Below are positions 52,401-64,000 of a stretch of DNA of 64,000 bases, one piece after another (the first letter of the stretch is position 1; each line of letters begins with the position of its first letter). The position numbers and the translations under genes were made by a program. The stretch is taken from NCBI RefSeq assembly GCF_009914755.1, contig NC_060937.1; one strand, 5' to 3'. This DNA is from the human T2T-CHM13v2.0 reference genome, Homo sapiens. Under the pieces are notes generated by a model, which searched no databases, was not told the origin of the DNA, and was given only the letters and a program-made list of their open reading frames with translations.

Positions 52401-55400
52401 GAGTTTCAAAGCTGCTCTGTAAAAAGAAAGGTTCCACTCTGTTAGCTGAGTACACACATCACAAACTTGTTTCTCAGAATCCTTCTGTCTCGTTTTTATG
52501 GGAAGATATTTACTTTTTCACCGTAGGCATCAAAGCGCTCCAAATGTCCACATCCAGATACTCCAGAAAGAGTGTTTCAAACCTGCTCTATGAAAGGGAA
52601 TCTTCAACTCTATGAGTTGAATGCAGACATCAGAAAGAAATTTCTGAGAATGCTGCTGTCTACCTTTTATTTGAATTCCCGCTTCCAACGAAATCCTCCA
52701 AGCTATCCAAATATCCACTTGCAGATTCCACAAAAAGAGTGTTTCAAAACTGCTCTCTATCAATGGCAAAGTTCAACTCTGTTAGTTGAGGACACATATC
52801 ACCAACAAGTTTCTGAGAATGCTTCTGTCTATTTTTTATGGGAAGATATTTCCTTTTTCACCGTAGGCGTCAAGGCGATCGAAATGTCCACTTCCACAAA
52901 CTACAAAAAGAGTGTTTCAAACCTGCTCTATGAAAGGCCATGTTCATCTCTATGAGTCGAATGGAAATATCCGAAAGAAATTTCTGGGAATGCTGCTGTC
53001 TAGTTTTTATACGAATTCCCGCTTCCAACGAAATCCTCAAAGCAATCCAAATATCCACTTGCAGAATCCACAAAAAGAGTGTTTCAAAACTGCTCTATCA
53101 ATAGAAAGGTTCAACTCTTTTAGTTGAGTACACACATCACAAACAAGTTTCTGAGAATGCTTCTGTCTGGCTTTTATTGGAAGACGTTTCCTTTTCACCA
53201 AAGGCATCAAAGCGCTCCAAATGTCCACTTCCAGATTCTTCCAAAAGAGTGTTTGAAACGTGCTCAAAGTAAGGGAATGTTCAACTCTGTGACTTGAATG
53301 CAGATATCACCAAGTAGTTTCTAATAGTGCTTCTGTCTAGATTTTAGATGATGATATTCCCGTTTCCAACGAAATCGTTAGAGCTATCCAAATATCCACT
53401 TACAGTTGCTACAAAAACAGTGTTTCCAAACTGCTGCATCAAAAGAAAGGTTCAACTCTGTTAGTTGAGGACACACATCACAAAGAAGTTTGTGAGAATG
53501 CTTCTGTCTAGATTTTGTATGACGATATTCCCTTTTCCAACGATATCGTTAAAGCAATCTAAATATCCATTTGCAGAATCCACAAAAATAGAGTTTCAAA
53601 GCTGCTCTGTAAAAAGAAAGGTTCCACTCTGTTAGCTGAGTACACACATCACAAACTTGTTTCTCAGAATCCTTCTGTCTCGTTTTTATGGGAAGATATT
53701 TACTTTTTCACCGTAGGCATCAAAGCGCTCCAAATGTCCACATCCAGATACTCCAGAAAGAGTGTTTCAAACCTGCTCTATGAAAGGGAATCTTCAACTC
53801 TATGAGTTGAATGCAGACATCAGAAAGAAATTTCTGAGAATGCTGCTGTCTACCTTTTATTTGAATTCCCGCTTCCAACGAAATCCTCCAAGCTATCCAA
53901 ATATCCACTTGCAGATTCCACAAAAAGAGTGTTTCAAAACTGCTCTCTATCAATGGCAAAGTTCAACTCTGTTAGTTGAGGACACATATCACCAACAAGT
54001 TTCTGAGAATGCTTCTGTCTATTTTTTATGGGAAGATATTTCCTTTTTCACCGTAGGCGTCAAGGCGATCGAAATGTCCACTTCCACAAACTACAAAAAG
54101 AGTGTTTCAAACCTGCTCTATGAAAGGCCATGTTCATCTCTATGAGTCGAATGGAAATATCCGAAAGAAATTTCTGGGAATGCTGCTGTCTAGTTTTTAT
54201 ACGAATTCCCGCTTCCAACGAAATCCTCAAAGCAATCCTAATATCCACTTGCAGAATCCACAAAAAGAGTGTTTCAAAACTGCTCTATCAATAGAAAGGT
54301 TCAACTCTTTTAGTTGAGTACACACATCACAAACAAGTTTCTGAGAATGCTTCTGTCTGGCTTTTATTGGAAGACGTTTCCTTTTCACCAAAGGCATCAA
54401 AGCGCTCCAAATGTCCACTTCCAGATTCTTCCAAAAGAGTGTTTGAAACGTGCTCAAAGTAAGGGAATGTTCAACTCTGTGACTTGAATGCAGATATCAC
54501 CAAGTAGTTTCTAATAGTGCTTCTGTCTAGATTTTAGATGATGATATTCCCGTTTCCAACGAAATCGTTAGAGCTATCCAAATATCCACTTACAGTTGCT
54601 ACAAAAACAGTGTTTCCAAACTGCTGCATCAAAAGAAAGGTTCAACTCTGTTAGTTGAGGACACACATCACAAAGAAGTTTGTGAGAATGCTTCTGTCTA
54701 GATTTTGTATGACGATATTCCCTTTTCCAACGATATCGTTAAAGCAATCTAAATATCCATTTGCAGAATCCACAAAAATAGAGTTTCAAAGCTGCTCTGT
54801 AAAAAGAAAGGTTCCACTCTGTTAGCTGAGTACACACATCACAAACTTGTTTCTCAGAATCCTTCTGTCTCGTTTTTCTGGGAAGATATTTACTTTTTCA
54901 CCGTAGGCATCAAAGCGCTCCAAATGTCCACATCCAGATACTCCAGAAAGAGTGTTTCAAACCTGCTCTATGAAAGGGAATCTTCAACTCTATGAGTTGA
55001 ATGCAGACATCAGAAAGAAATTTCTGAGAATGCTGCTGTCTACCTTTTATTTGAATTCCCGCTTCCAACGAAATCCTCCAAGCTATCCAAATATCCACTT
55101 GCAGATTCCACAAAAAGAGTGTTTCAAAACTGCTCTCTATCAATGGCAAAGTTCAACTCTGTTAGTTGAGGACACATATCACCAACAAGTTTCTGAGAAT
55201 GCTTCTGTGTATTTTTTATGGGAAGATATTTCCTTTTTCACCGTAGGCGTCAAGGCGATCGAAATGTCCACTTCCACAAACTACAAAAAGAGTGTTTCAA
55301 ACCTGCTCTATGAAAGGCCATGTTCATCTCTATGAGTCGAATGGAAATATCCGAAAGAAATTTCTGGGAATGCTGCTGTCTAGTTTTTATACGAATTCCC

Positions 55401-58400
55401 GCTTCCAACGAAATCCTCAAAGCAATCCAAATATCCACTTGCAGAATCCACAAAAAGAGTGTTTCAAAACTGCTCTATCAATAGAAAGGTTCAACTCTTT
55501 TAGTTGAGTACACACATCACAAACAAGTTTCTGAGAATGCTTCTGTCTGGCTTTTATTGGAAGACGTTTCCTTTTCACCAAAGGCATCAAAGCGCTCCAA
55601 ATGTCCACTTCCAGATTCTTCCAAAAGAGTGTTTGAAACGTGCTCAAAGTAAGGGAATGTTCAACTCTGTGACTTGAATGCAGATATCACCAAGTAGTTT
55701 CTAATAGTGCTTCTGTCTAGATTTTAGATGATGATATTCCCGTTTCCAACGAAATCGTTAGAGCTATCCAAATATCCACTTACAGTTTCTACAAAAAGAG
55801 TGTTTCCAAACTGCTGCATCAAAAGAAAGGTTCAACTCTGTTAGTTGAGGACACACATCACAAAGAAGTTTGTGAGAATGCTTCTGTCTAGATTTTGTAT
55901 GACCATATTCCCTTTTCCAGCGATATCATTAAAGCAATCTAAATATCCATTTGCAGAATCCACAAAAATAGAGTTTCAAAGCTGCTCTGTAAAAAGAAAG
56001 GTTCCACTCTGTTAGCTGAGTACACACATCACAAACTTGTTTCTCAGAATCCTTCTGTCTCGTTTTTATGGGAAGATATTTACTTTTTCACCGTAGGCAT
56101 CAAAGCGCTCCAAATGTCCACATCCAGATACTCCAGAAAGAGTGTTTCAAACCTGCTCTATGAAAGGGAATCTTCAACTCTATGAGTTGAATGCAGACAT
56201 CAGAAAGAAATTTCTGAGAATGCTGCTGTCTACCTTTTATTTGAACTCCCGCTTCCAACGAAATCCTCCAAGCTATCCAAATATCCACTTGCATTTTCCA
56301 CAAAAAGAGTGCTTCAAAACTGCTCTATCAATAAATGTTCAACTCCTTTAGCTGGGTGCACACATCACAAACAAGTTTCTGAGAATGCTTCTGTCTAGTT
56401 TTTATGGGAAGACATTCCCTTTTTCACCAAAGGCATCAAAGCGCTCCAAATGTCCACTTCCAGACACTACAAAAAGAGTGTTTCCAACGTGCTCTAAGAA
56501 AGCGAATGTTCAACTCTGTGACTTGAATGCAGATATCACAAAGTAGTTTCTGAGAGGGCTTCTGTCTAGATTTTAGATGATGATATTCCCGTTTCCAACG
56601 AAATCATTAGAGCTATCCAAATATCCACTTACGGTTTCTACAAAAAGAGTGTTTCCAAACTGCTGCATCAAAAGAGAGGTTCCACTCTGTTAGCTGAGTA
56701 CACACATCACAAACTTGTTTCTGAGAATCCTTCTGTGTCGTTTTTATGGGAAGATATTTACTTTTTCACCGTAGGCATCAAAGCGCTCCAAATGTCCACA
56801 TCCAGATACTCCAGAAAGAGTGTTTCAAACCTGCTCTATGAAAGGGAATCTTCAACTCTATGAGTTGAATGCAGACATCAGAAAGAAATTTCTGAGAATG
56901 CTGCTGTCTACCTTTTATTTGAATTCCCGCTTCCAACGAAATCCTCCAAGCTATCCAAATATCCACTTGCAGATTCCACAAAAAGAGTGTTTCAAAACTG
57001 CTCTCTATCAATGGCAAAGTTCAACTCTGTTAGTTGAGGACACATATCACCAACAAGTTTCTGAGAATGCTTCTGTCTATTTTTTATGGGAAGATATTTC
57101 CTTTTTCACCGTAGGCGTCAAGGCGATCGAAATGTCCACTTCCACAAACTACAAAAAGAGTGTTTCAAACCTGCTCTATGAAAGGCCATGTTCATCTCTA
57201 TGAGTCGAATGGAAATATCCGAAAGAAATTTCTGGGAATGCTGCTGTCTAGTTTTTATACGAATTCCCGCTTCCAACGAAATCCTCAAAGCAATCCAAAT
57301 ATCCACTTGCAGAATCCACAAAAAGAGTGTTTCAAAACTGCTCTATCAATAGAAAGGTTCAACTCTTTTAGTTGAGTACACACATCACAAACAAGTTTCT
57401 GAGAATGCTTCTGTCTGGCTTTTATTGGAAGACGTTTCCTTTTCACCAAAGGCATCAAAGCGCTCCAAATGTCCACTTCCAGATTCTTCCAAAAGAGTGT
57501 TTGAAACGTGCTCAAAGTAAGGGAATGTTCAACTCTGTGACTTGAATGCAGATATCACCAAGTAGTTTCTAATAGTGCTTCTGTCTAGATTTTAGATGAT
57601 GATATTCCCGTTTCCAACGAAATCGTTAGAGCTATCCAAATATCCACTTAGTTTCTACAAAAAGAGTGTTTCCAAACTGCTGCATCAAAAGAAAGGTTCA
57701 ACTCTGTTAGTTGAGGACACACATCACAAAGAAGTTTGTGAGAATGCTTCTGTCTAGATTTTGTATGACCATATTCCCTTTTCCAGCGATATCATTAAAG
57801 CAATCTAAATATCCATTTGCAGAATCCACAAAAATAGAGTTTCAAAGCTGCTCTGTAAAAAGAAAGGTTCCACTCTGTTAGCTGAGTACACACATCACAA
57901 ACTTGTTTCTCAGAATCCTTCTGTCTCGTTTTTATGGGAAGATATTTACTTTTTCACCGTAGGCATCAAAGCGCTCCAAATGTCCACATCCAGATACTCC
58001 AGAAAGAGTGTTTCAAACCTGCTCTATGAAAGGGAATCTTCAACTCTATGAGTTGAATGCAGACATCAGAAAGAAATTTCTGAGAATGCTGCTGTCTACC
58101 TTTTATTTGAATTCCCGCTTCCAACGAAATCCTCCAAGCTATCCAAATATCCACCTGCATTTTCCACAAAAAGAGCGTTTCAAAACTGCTCTATCAATAG
58201 AAATGTTCAACTCCTTTGGCTGGGTACACACATCACAAACAAGTTTCTGAGAATGCTTCTGTCTAGTTTTTATGGGAAGACATTCCCTTTTTCACCAAAG
58301 GCATCAAAGCGCTCCAAATGTCCACTTCCAGACACTACAAAAAGAGTGTTTCCAACGTGCTCTAAGAAAGCGAATGTTCAACTCTGTGACTTGAATGCAG

Positions 58401-61400
58401 ATATCACAAAGTAGTTTCTGAGAGGGCTTCTGTCTAGATTTTAGATGATGATATTCCCGTTTCCAACGAAATCATTAGAGCTATCCAAATATCCACTTAC
58501 AGTTTCTACAAAAAGAGTGTTTCCAAACTGCTGCATCAAAAGAGAGGTTCCACTCTGTTAGCTGAGTACACACATCACAAACTTGTTTCTCAGAATCCTT
58601 CTGTCTCGTTTTTCTGGGAAGATATTTACTTTTTCACCGTAGGCATCAAAGCGCTCCAAATGTCCACATCCAGATACTCCAGAAAGAGTGTTTCAAACCT
58701 GCTCTATGAAAGGGAATCTTCAACTCTATGAGTTGAATGCAGACATCAGAAAGAAATTTCTGAGAATGCTGCTGTCTACCTTTTATTTGAATTCCCGCTT
58801 CCAACGAAATCCTCCAAGCTATCCAAATATCCACTTGCAGATTCCACAAAAAGAGTGTTTCAAAACTGCTCTCTATCAATGGCAAAGTTCAACTCTGTTA
58901 GTTGAGGACACATATCACCAACAAGTTTCTGAGAATGCTTCTGTCTATTTTTTATGGGAAGATATTTCCTTTTTCACCGTAGGCGTCAAGGCGATCGAAA
59001 TGTCCACTTCCACAAACTACAAAAAGAGTGTTTCAAACCTGCTCTATGAAAGGCCATGTTCATCTCTGTGAGTCGAATGGAAATATCCGAAAGAAATTTC
59101 TGGGAATGCTGCTGTCTAGTTTTTATACGAATTCCCGCTTCCAACGAAATCCTCAAAGCAATCCAAATATCCACTTGCAGAATCCACAAAAAGAGTGTTT
59201 CAAAACTGCTCTATCAATAGAAAGGTTCAACTCTTTTAGTTGAGTACACACATCACAAACAAGTTTCTGAGAATGCTTCTGTCTGGCTTTTATGGGAAGA
59301 CGTTTCCTTTTCACCAAAGGCATCAAAGCGCTCCAAATGTCCACTTCCAGATTCTTCCAAAAGAGTGTTTGAAACGTGCTCAAAGTAAGGGAATGTTCAA
59401 CTCTGTGACTTGAATGCAGATATCACCAAGTAGTTTCTAATAGTGCTTCTGTCTAGATTTTAGATGATGATATTCCCGTTTCCAACGAAATCGTTAGAGC
59501 TATCCAAATATCCACTTACAGTTGCTACAAAAACAGTGTTTCCAAACTGCTGCATCAAAAGAAAGGTTCAACTCTGTTAGTTGAGGACACACATCACAAA
59601 GAAGTTTGTGAGAATGCTTCTGTCTAGATTTTGTATGACGATATTCCCTTTTCCAACGATATCGTTAAAGCAATCTAAATATCCATTTGCAGAATCCACA
59701 AAAATAGAGTTTCAAAGCTGCTCTGTAAAAAGAAAGGTTCCACTCTGTTAGCTGAGTACACACATCACAAACTTGTTTCTCAGAATCCTTCTGTCTCGTT
59801 TTTATGGGAAGATATTTACTTTTTCACCGTAGGCATCAAAGCGCTCCAAATGTCCACATCCAGATACTCCAGAAAGAGTGTTTCAAACCTGCTCTATGAA
59901 AGGGAATCTTCAACTCTATGAGTTGAATGCAGACATCAGAAAGAAATTTCTGAGAATGCTGCTGTCTACCTTTTATTTGAATTCCCGCTTCCAACGAAAT
60001 CCTCCAAGCTATCCAAATATCCACTTGCAGATTCCACAAAAAGAGTGTTTCAAAACTGCTCTCTATCAATGGCAAAGTTCAACTCTGTTAGTTGAGGACA
60101 CATATCACCAACAAGTTTCTGAGAATGCTTCTGTCTATTTTTTATGGGAAGATATTTCCTTTTTCACCGTAGGCGTCAAGGCGATCGAAATGTCCACTTC
60201 CACAAACTACAAAAAGAGTGTTTCAAACCTGCTCTATGAAAGGCCATGTTCATCTCTATGAGTCGAATGGAAATATCCGAAAGAAATTTCTGGGAATGCT
60301 GCTGTCTAGTTTTTATACGAATTCCCGCTTCCAACGAAATCCTCAAAGCAATCCAAATATCCACTTGCAGAATCCACAAAAAGAGTGTTTCAAAACTGCT
60401 CTATCAATAGAAAGGTTCAACTCTTTTAGTTGAGTACACACATCACAAACAAGTTTCTGAGAATGCTTCTGTCTGGCTTTTATTGGAAGACGTTTCCTTT
60501 TCACCAAAGGCATCAAAGCGCTCCAAATGTCCACTTCCAGATTCTTCCAAAAGAGTGTTTGAAACGTGCTCAAAGTAAGGGAATGTTCAACTCTGTGACT
60601 TGAATGCAGATATCACCAAGTAGTTTCTAATAGTGCTTCTGTCTAGATTTTAGATGATGATATTCCCGTTTCCAACGAAATCGTTAGAGCTATCCAAATA
60701 TCCACTTACAGTTGCTACAAAAACAGTGTTTCCAAACTGCTGCATCAAAAGAAAGGTTCAACTCTGTTAGTTGAGGACACACATCACAAAGAAGTTTGTG
60801 AGAATGCTTCTGTCTAGATTTTGTATGACGATATTCCCTTTTCCAACGATATCGTTAAAGCAATCTAAATATCCATTTGCAGAATCCACAAAAATAGAGT
60901 TTCAAAGCTGCTCTGTAAAAAGAAAGGTTCCACTCTGTTAGCTGAGTACACACATCACAAACTTGTTTCTCAGAATCCTTCTGTCTCGTTTTTATGGGAA
61001 GATATTTACTTTTTCACCGTAGGCATCAAAGCGCTCCAAATGTCCACATCCAGATACTCCAGAAAGAGTGTTTCAAACCTGCTCTATGAAAGGGAATCTT
61101 CAACTCTATGAGTTGAATGCAGACATCAGAAAGAAATTTCTGAGAATGCTGCTGTCTACCTTTTATTTGAATTCCCGCTTCCAACGAAATCCTCCAAGCT
61201 ATCCAAATATCCACTTGCAGATTCCACAAAAAGAGTGTTTCAAAACTGCTCTCTATCAATGGCAAAGTTCAACTCTGTTAGTTGAGGACACATATCACCA
61301 ACAAGTTTCTGAGAATGCTTCTGTCTATTTTTTATGGGAAGATATTTCCTTTTTCACCGTAGGCGTCAAGGCGATCGAAATGTCCACTTCCACAAACTAC

Positions 61401-64000
61401 AAAAAGAGTGTTTCAAACCTGCTCTATGAAAGGCCATGTTCATCTCTATGAGTCGAATGGAAATATCCGAAAGAAATTTCTGGGAATGCTGCTGTCTAGT
61501 TTTTATACGAATTCCCGCTTCCAACGAAATCCTCAAAGCAATCCTAATATCCACTTGCAGAATCCACAAAAAGAGTGTTTCAAAACTGCTCTATCAATAG
61601 AAAGGTTCAACTCTTTTAGTTGAGTACACACATCACAAACAAGTTTCTGAGAATGCTTCTGTCTGGCTTTTATTGGAAGACGTTTCCTTTTCACCAAAGG
61701 CATCAAAGCGCTCCAAATGTCCACTTCCAGATTCTTCCAAAAGAGTGTTTGAAACGTGCTCAAAGTAAGGGAATGTTCAACTCTGTGACTTGAATGCAGA
61801 TATCACCAAGTAGTTTCTAATAGTGCTTCTGTCTAGATTTTAGATGATGATATTCCCGTTTCCAACGAAATCGTTAGAGCTATCCAAATATCCACTTACA
61901 GTTGCTACAAAAACAGTGTTTCCAAACTGCTGCATCAAAAGAAAGGTTCAACTCTGTTAGTTGAGGACACACATCACAAAGAAGTTTGTGAGAATGCTTC
62001 TGTCTAGATTTTGTATGACGATATTCCCTTTTCCAACGATATCGTTAAAGCAATCTAAATATCCATTTGCAGAATCCACAAAAATAGAGTTTCAAAGCTG
62101 CTCTGTAAAAAGAAAGGTTCCACTCTGTTAGCTGAGTACACACATCACAAACTTGTTTCTCAGAATCCTTCTGTCTCGTTTTTATGGGAAGATATTTACT
62201 TTTTCACCGTAGGCATCAAAGCGCTCCAAATGTCCACATCCAGATACTCCAGAAAGAGTGTTTCAAACCTGCTCTATGAAAGGGAATCTTCAACTCTATG
62301 AGTTGAATGCAGACATCAGAAAGAAATTTCTGAGAATGCTGCTGTCTACCTTTTATTTGAATTCCCGCTTCCAACGAAATCCTCCAAGCTATCCAAATAT
62401 CCACTTGCAGATTCCACAAAAAGAGTGTTTCAAAACTGCTCTCTATCAATGGCAAAGTTCAACTCTGTTAGTTGAGGACACATATCACCAACAAGTTTCT
62501 GAGAATGCTTCTGTCTATTTTTTATGGGAAGATATTTCCTTTTTCACCGTAGGCGTCAAGGCGATCGAAATGTCCACTTCCACAAACTACAAAAAGAGTG
62601 TTTCAAACCTGCTCTATGAAAGGCCATGTTCATCTCTATGAGTCGAATGGAAATATCCGAAAGAAATTTCTGGGAATGCTGCTGTCTAGTTTTTATACGA
62701 ATTCCCGCTTCCAACGAAATCCTCAAAGCAATCCAAATATCCACTTGCAGAATCCACAAAAAGAGTGTTTCAAAACTGCTCTATCAATAGAAAGGTTCAA
62801 CTCTTTTAGTTGAGTACACACATCACAAACAAGTTTCTGAGAATGCTTCTGTCTGGCTTTTATTGGAAGACGTTTCCTTTTCACCAAAGGCATCAAAGCG
62901 CTCCAAATGTCCACTTCCAGATTCTTCCAAAAGAGTGTTTGAAACGTGCTCAAAGTAAGGGAATGTTCAACTCTGTGACTTGAATGCAGATATCACCAAG
63001 TAGTTTCTAATAGTGCTTCTGTCTAGATTTTAGATGATGATATTCCCGTTTCCAACGAAATCGTTAGAGCTATCCAAATATCCACTTACAGTTTCTACAA
63101 AAAGAGTGTTTCCAAACTGCTGCATCAAAAGAAAGGTTCAACTCTGTTAGTTGAGGACACACATCACAAAGAAGTTTGTGAGAATGCTTCTGTCTAGATT
63201 TTGTATGACCATATTCCCTTTTCCAGCGATATCATTAAAGCAATCTAAATATCCATTTGCAGAATCCACAAAAATAGAGTTTCAAAGCTGCTCTGTAAAA
63301 AGAAAGGTTCCACTCTGTTAGCTGAGTACACACATCACAAACTTGTTTCTGAGAATCCTTCTGTCTCGTTTTTATGGGAAGATATTTACTTTTTCACCGT
63401 AGGCATCAAAGCGCTCCAAATGTCCACATCCAGATACTCCAGAAAGAGTGTTTCAAACCTGCTCTATGAAAGGGAATCTTCAACTCTATGAGTTGAATGC
63501 AGACATCAGAAAGAAATTTCTGAGAATGCTGCTGTCTACCTTTTATTTGAACTCCCGCTTCCAACGAAATCCTCCAAGCTATCCAAATATCCACTTGCAT
63601 TTTCCACAAAAAGAGTGCTTCAAAACTGCTCTATCAATAAATGTTCAACTCCTTTAGCTGGGTGCACACATCACAAACAAGTTTCTGAGAATGCTTCTGT
63701 CTAGTTTTTATGGGAAGACATTCCCTTTTTCACCAAAGGCATCAAAGCGCTCCAAATGTCCACTTCCAGACACTACAAAAAGAGTGTTTCCAACGTGCTC
63801 TAAGAAAGCGAATGTTCAACTCTGTGACTTGAATGCAGATATCACAAAGTAGTTTCTGAGAGGGCTTCTGTCTAGATTTTAGATGATGATATTCCCGTTT
63901 CCAACGAAATCATTAGAGCTATCCAAATATCCACTTACGGTTTCTACAAAAAGAGTGTTTCCAAACTGCTGCATCAAAAGAGAGGTTCCACTCTGTTAGC
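49432..64000 (-). repeat. Tandem duplication of a 7306-bp multi-HOR block (7del-4A-7-7-7-7-4B, 43 monomers); the second copy runs off the window end
   Basis: Same unit order, plus rare markers at an exact offset of 7306: 2-bp deletion 50344/57650, A>G 51762/59068, A>T 54239/61545. Confidence 0.9.

Larger units (their letters stand above)
1..64000 (-). repeat. Centromeric alpha satellite higher-order repeat array (SF2 dimeric type; 4-/7-/11-mer variants), most likely the chr13/21 live HOR S2C13/21H1L (D13Z1 favoured)
   Basis: ~171-bp tandem monomers throughout; near-identical units of 1190 and 680/678 bp; CENP-B box YTTCGTTGGAARCGGGA on the minus strand in alternating monomers. The 11-mer has 5 boxes and the EcoRI spacing is 340/850/680 bp, as recalled for alpha21-I/alphaRI-680. 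Alpha satellite identity is near certain; the chromosome assignment is from memory and less sure. Confidence 0.97.

Noticed and set aside
186-63657. Hundreds of 63-127 aa ORFs on both strands (e.g. MFQTCSMKGNLQ..., MPLIESSFETLF...)
   Set aside because: They are chance open frames in alpha satellite, repeated because the DNA is repeated. They overlap on opposite strands, show no recognisable domain, and many begin at non-ATG codons.
1-64000. CRISPR-like array (a regularly spaced conserved 17-bp motif)
   Set aside because: The motif is the CENP-B box, the intervening sequence is itself repetitive rather than unique spacers, and there are no cas genes.
1-64000. Transposon insertion (L1/Alu), inversion or non-satellite island
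   Set aside because: Unit lengths sum exactly to the coordinates (186 + 63220 = 63406), leaving no room for an insert, and all CENP-B boxes have the same orientation.
1-64000. A previously undescribed biological system, or a code in the 4/7 order
   Set aside because: The order is adequately explained by tandem duplication, deletion and conversion in a known satellite family. Nothing in the sequence supports a new functional system.
1-64000. Assignment to the chr8 or chr9 arrays, which also have 4/7/11-mer variants
   Set aside because: The monomer sequence and EcoRI pattern match my recollection of the chr13/21 alpha21-I 11-mer. This is not formally excluded without an alignment to HOR consensus sequences.
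1-64000. Calling this the kinetochore site (CENP-A domain or centromere dip region)
   Set aside because: High homogeneity and dense CENP-B boxes indicate a live-type array, but kinetochore position is epigenetic and needs methylation or CENP-A data.

Overview
The whole 64 kb window is one uninterrupted, single-orientation array of human-type centromeric alpha satellite (~171-bp monomers) organised as higher-order repeats (HORs). With unit boundaries set arbitrarily at the 186, 1376, ... register, it reads as 44 seven-monomer units (1190 bp; three are 1188 bp) and 17 four-monomer units (680 or 678 bp; the last is cut by the window end). The numbers of 7-mers before successive 4-mers are 3,2,2,1,3,4,1,0,7,1,2,4,2,3,4,1,4. 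A 7-mer plus a 4-mer gives an ~1870-bp 11-mer with 5 CENP-B boxes. From recall, this organisation and sequence match the SF2 chromosome 13/21 live HOR (S2C13/21H1L; D13Z1/D21Z1, alpha21-I/alphaRI-680), and the abundance of 7-mers favours chr13, which I could not verify by alignment. I see no protein-coding gene, RNA gene, transposon, CRISPR array or inversion, and the ORFs are by-products of the repeat. I did not find a new biological system. The interesting signal is array evolution: SNV haplotypes that predict which HOR variant comes next, two 4-mer lineages with mosaics, a 7.3-kb tandem duplication, a 3.06-kb super-repeat, recombination signatures, and CENP-B boxes lost through CpG transitions. 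All variant calls were made by eye and may be incomplete.
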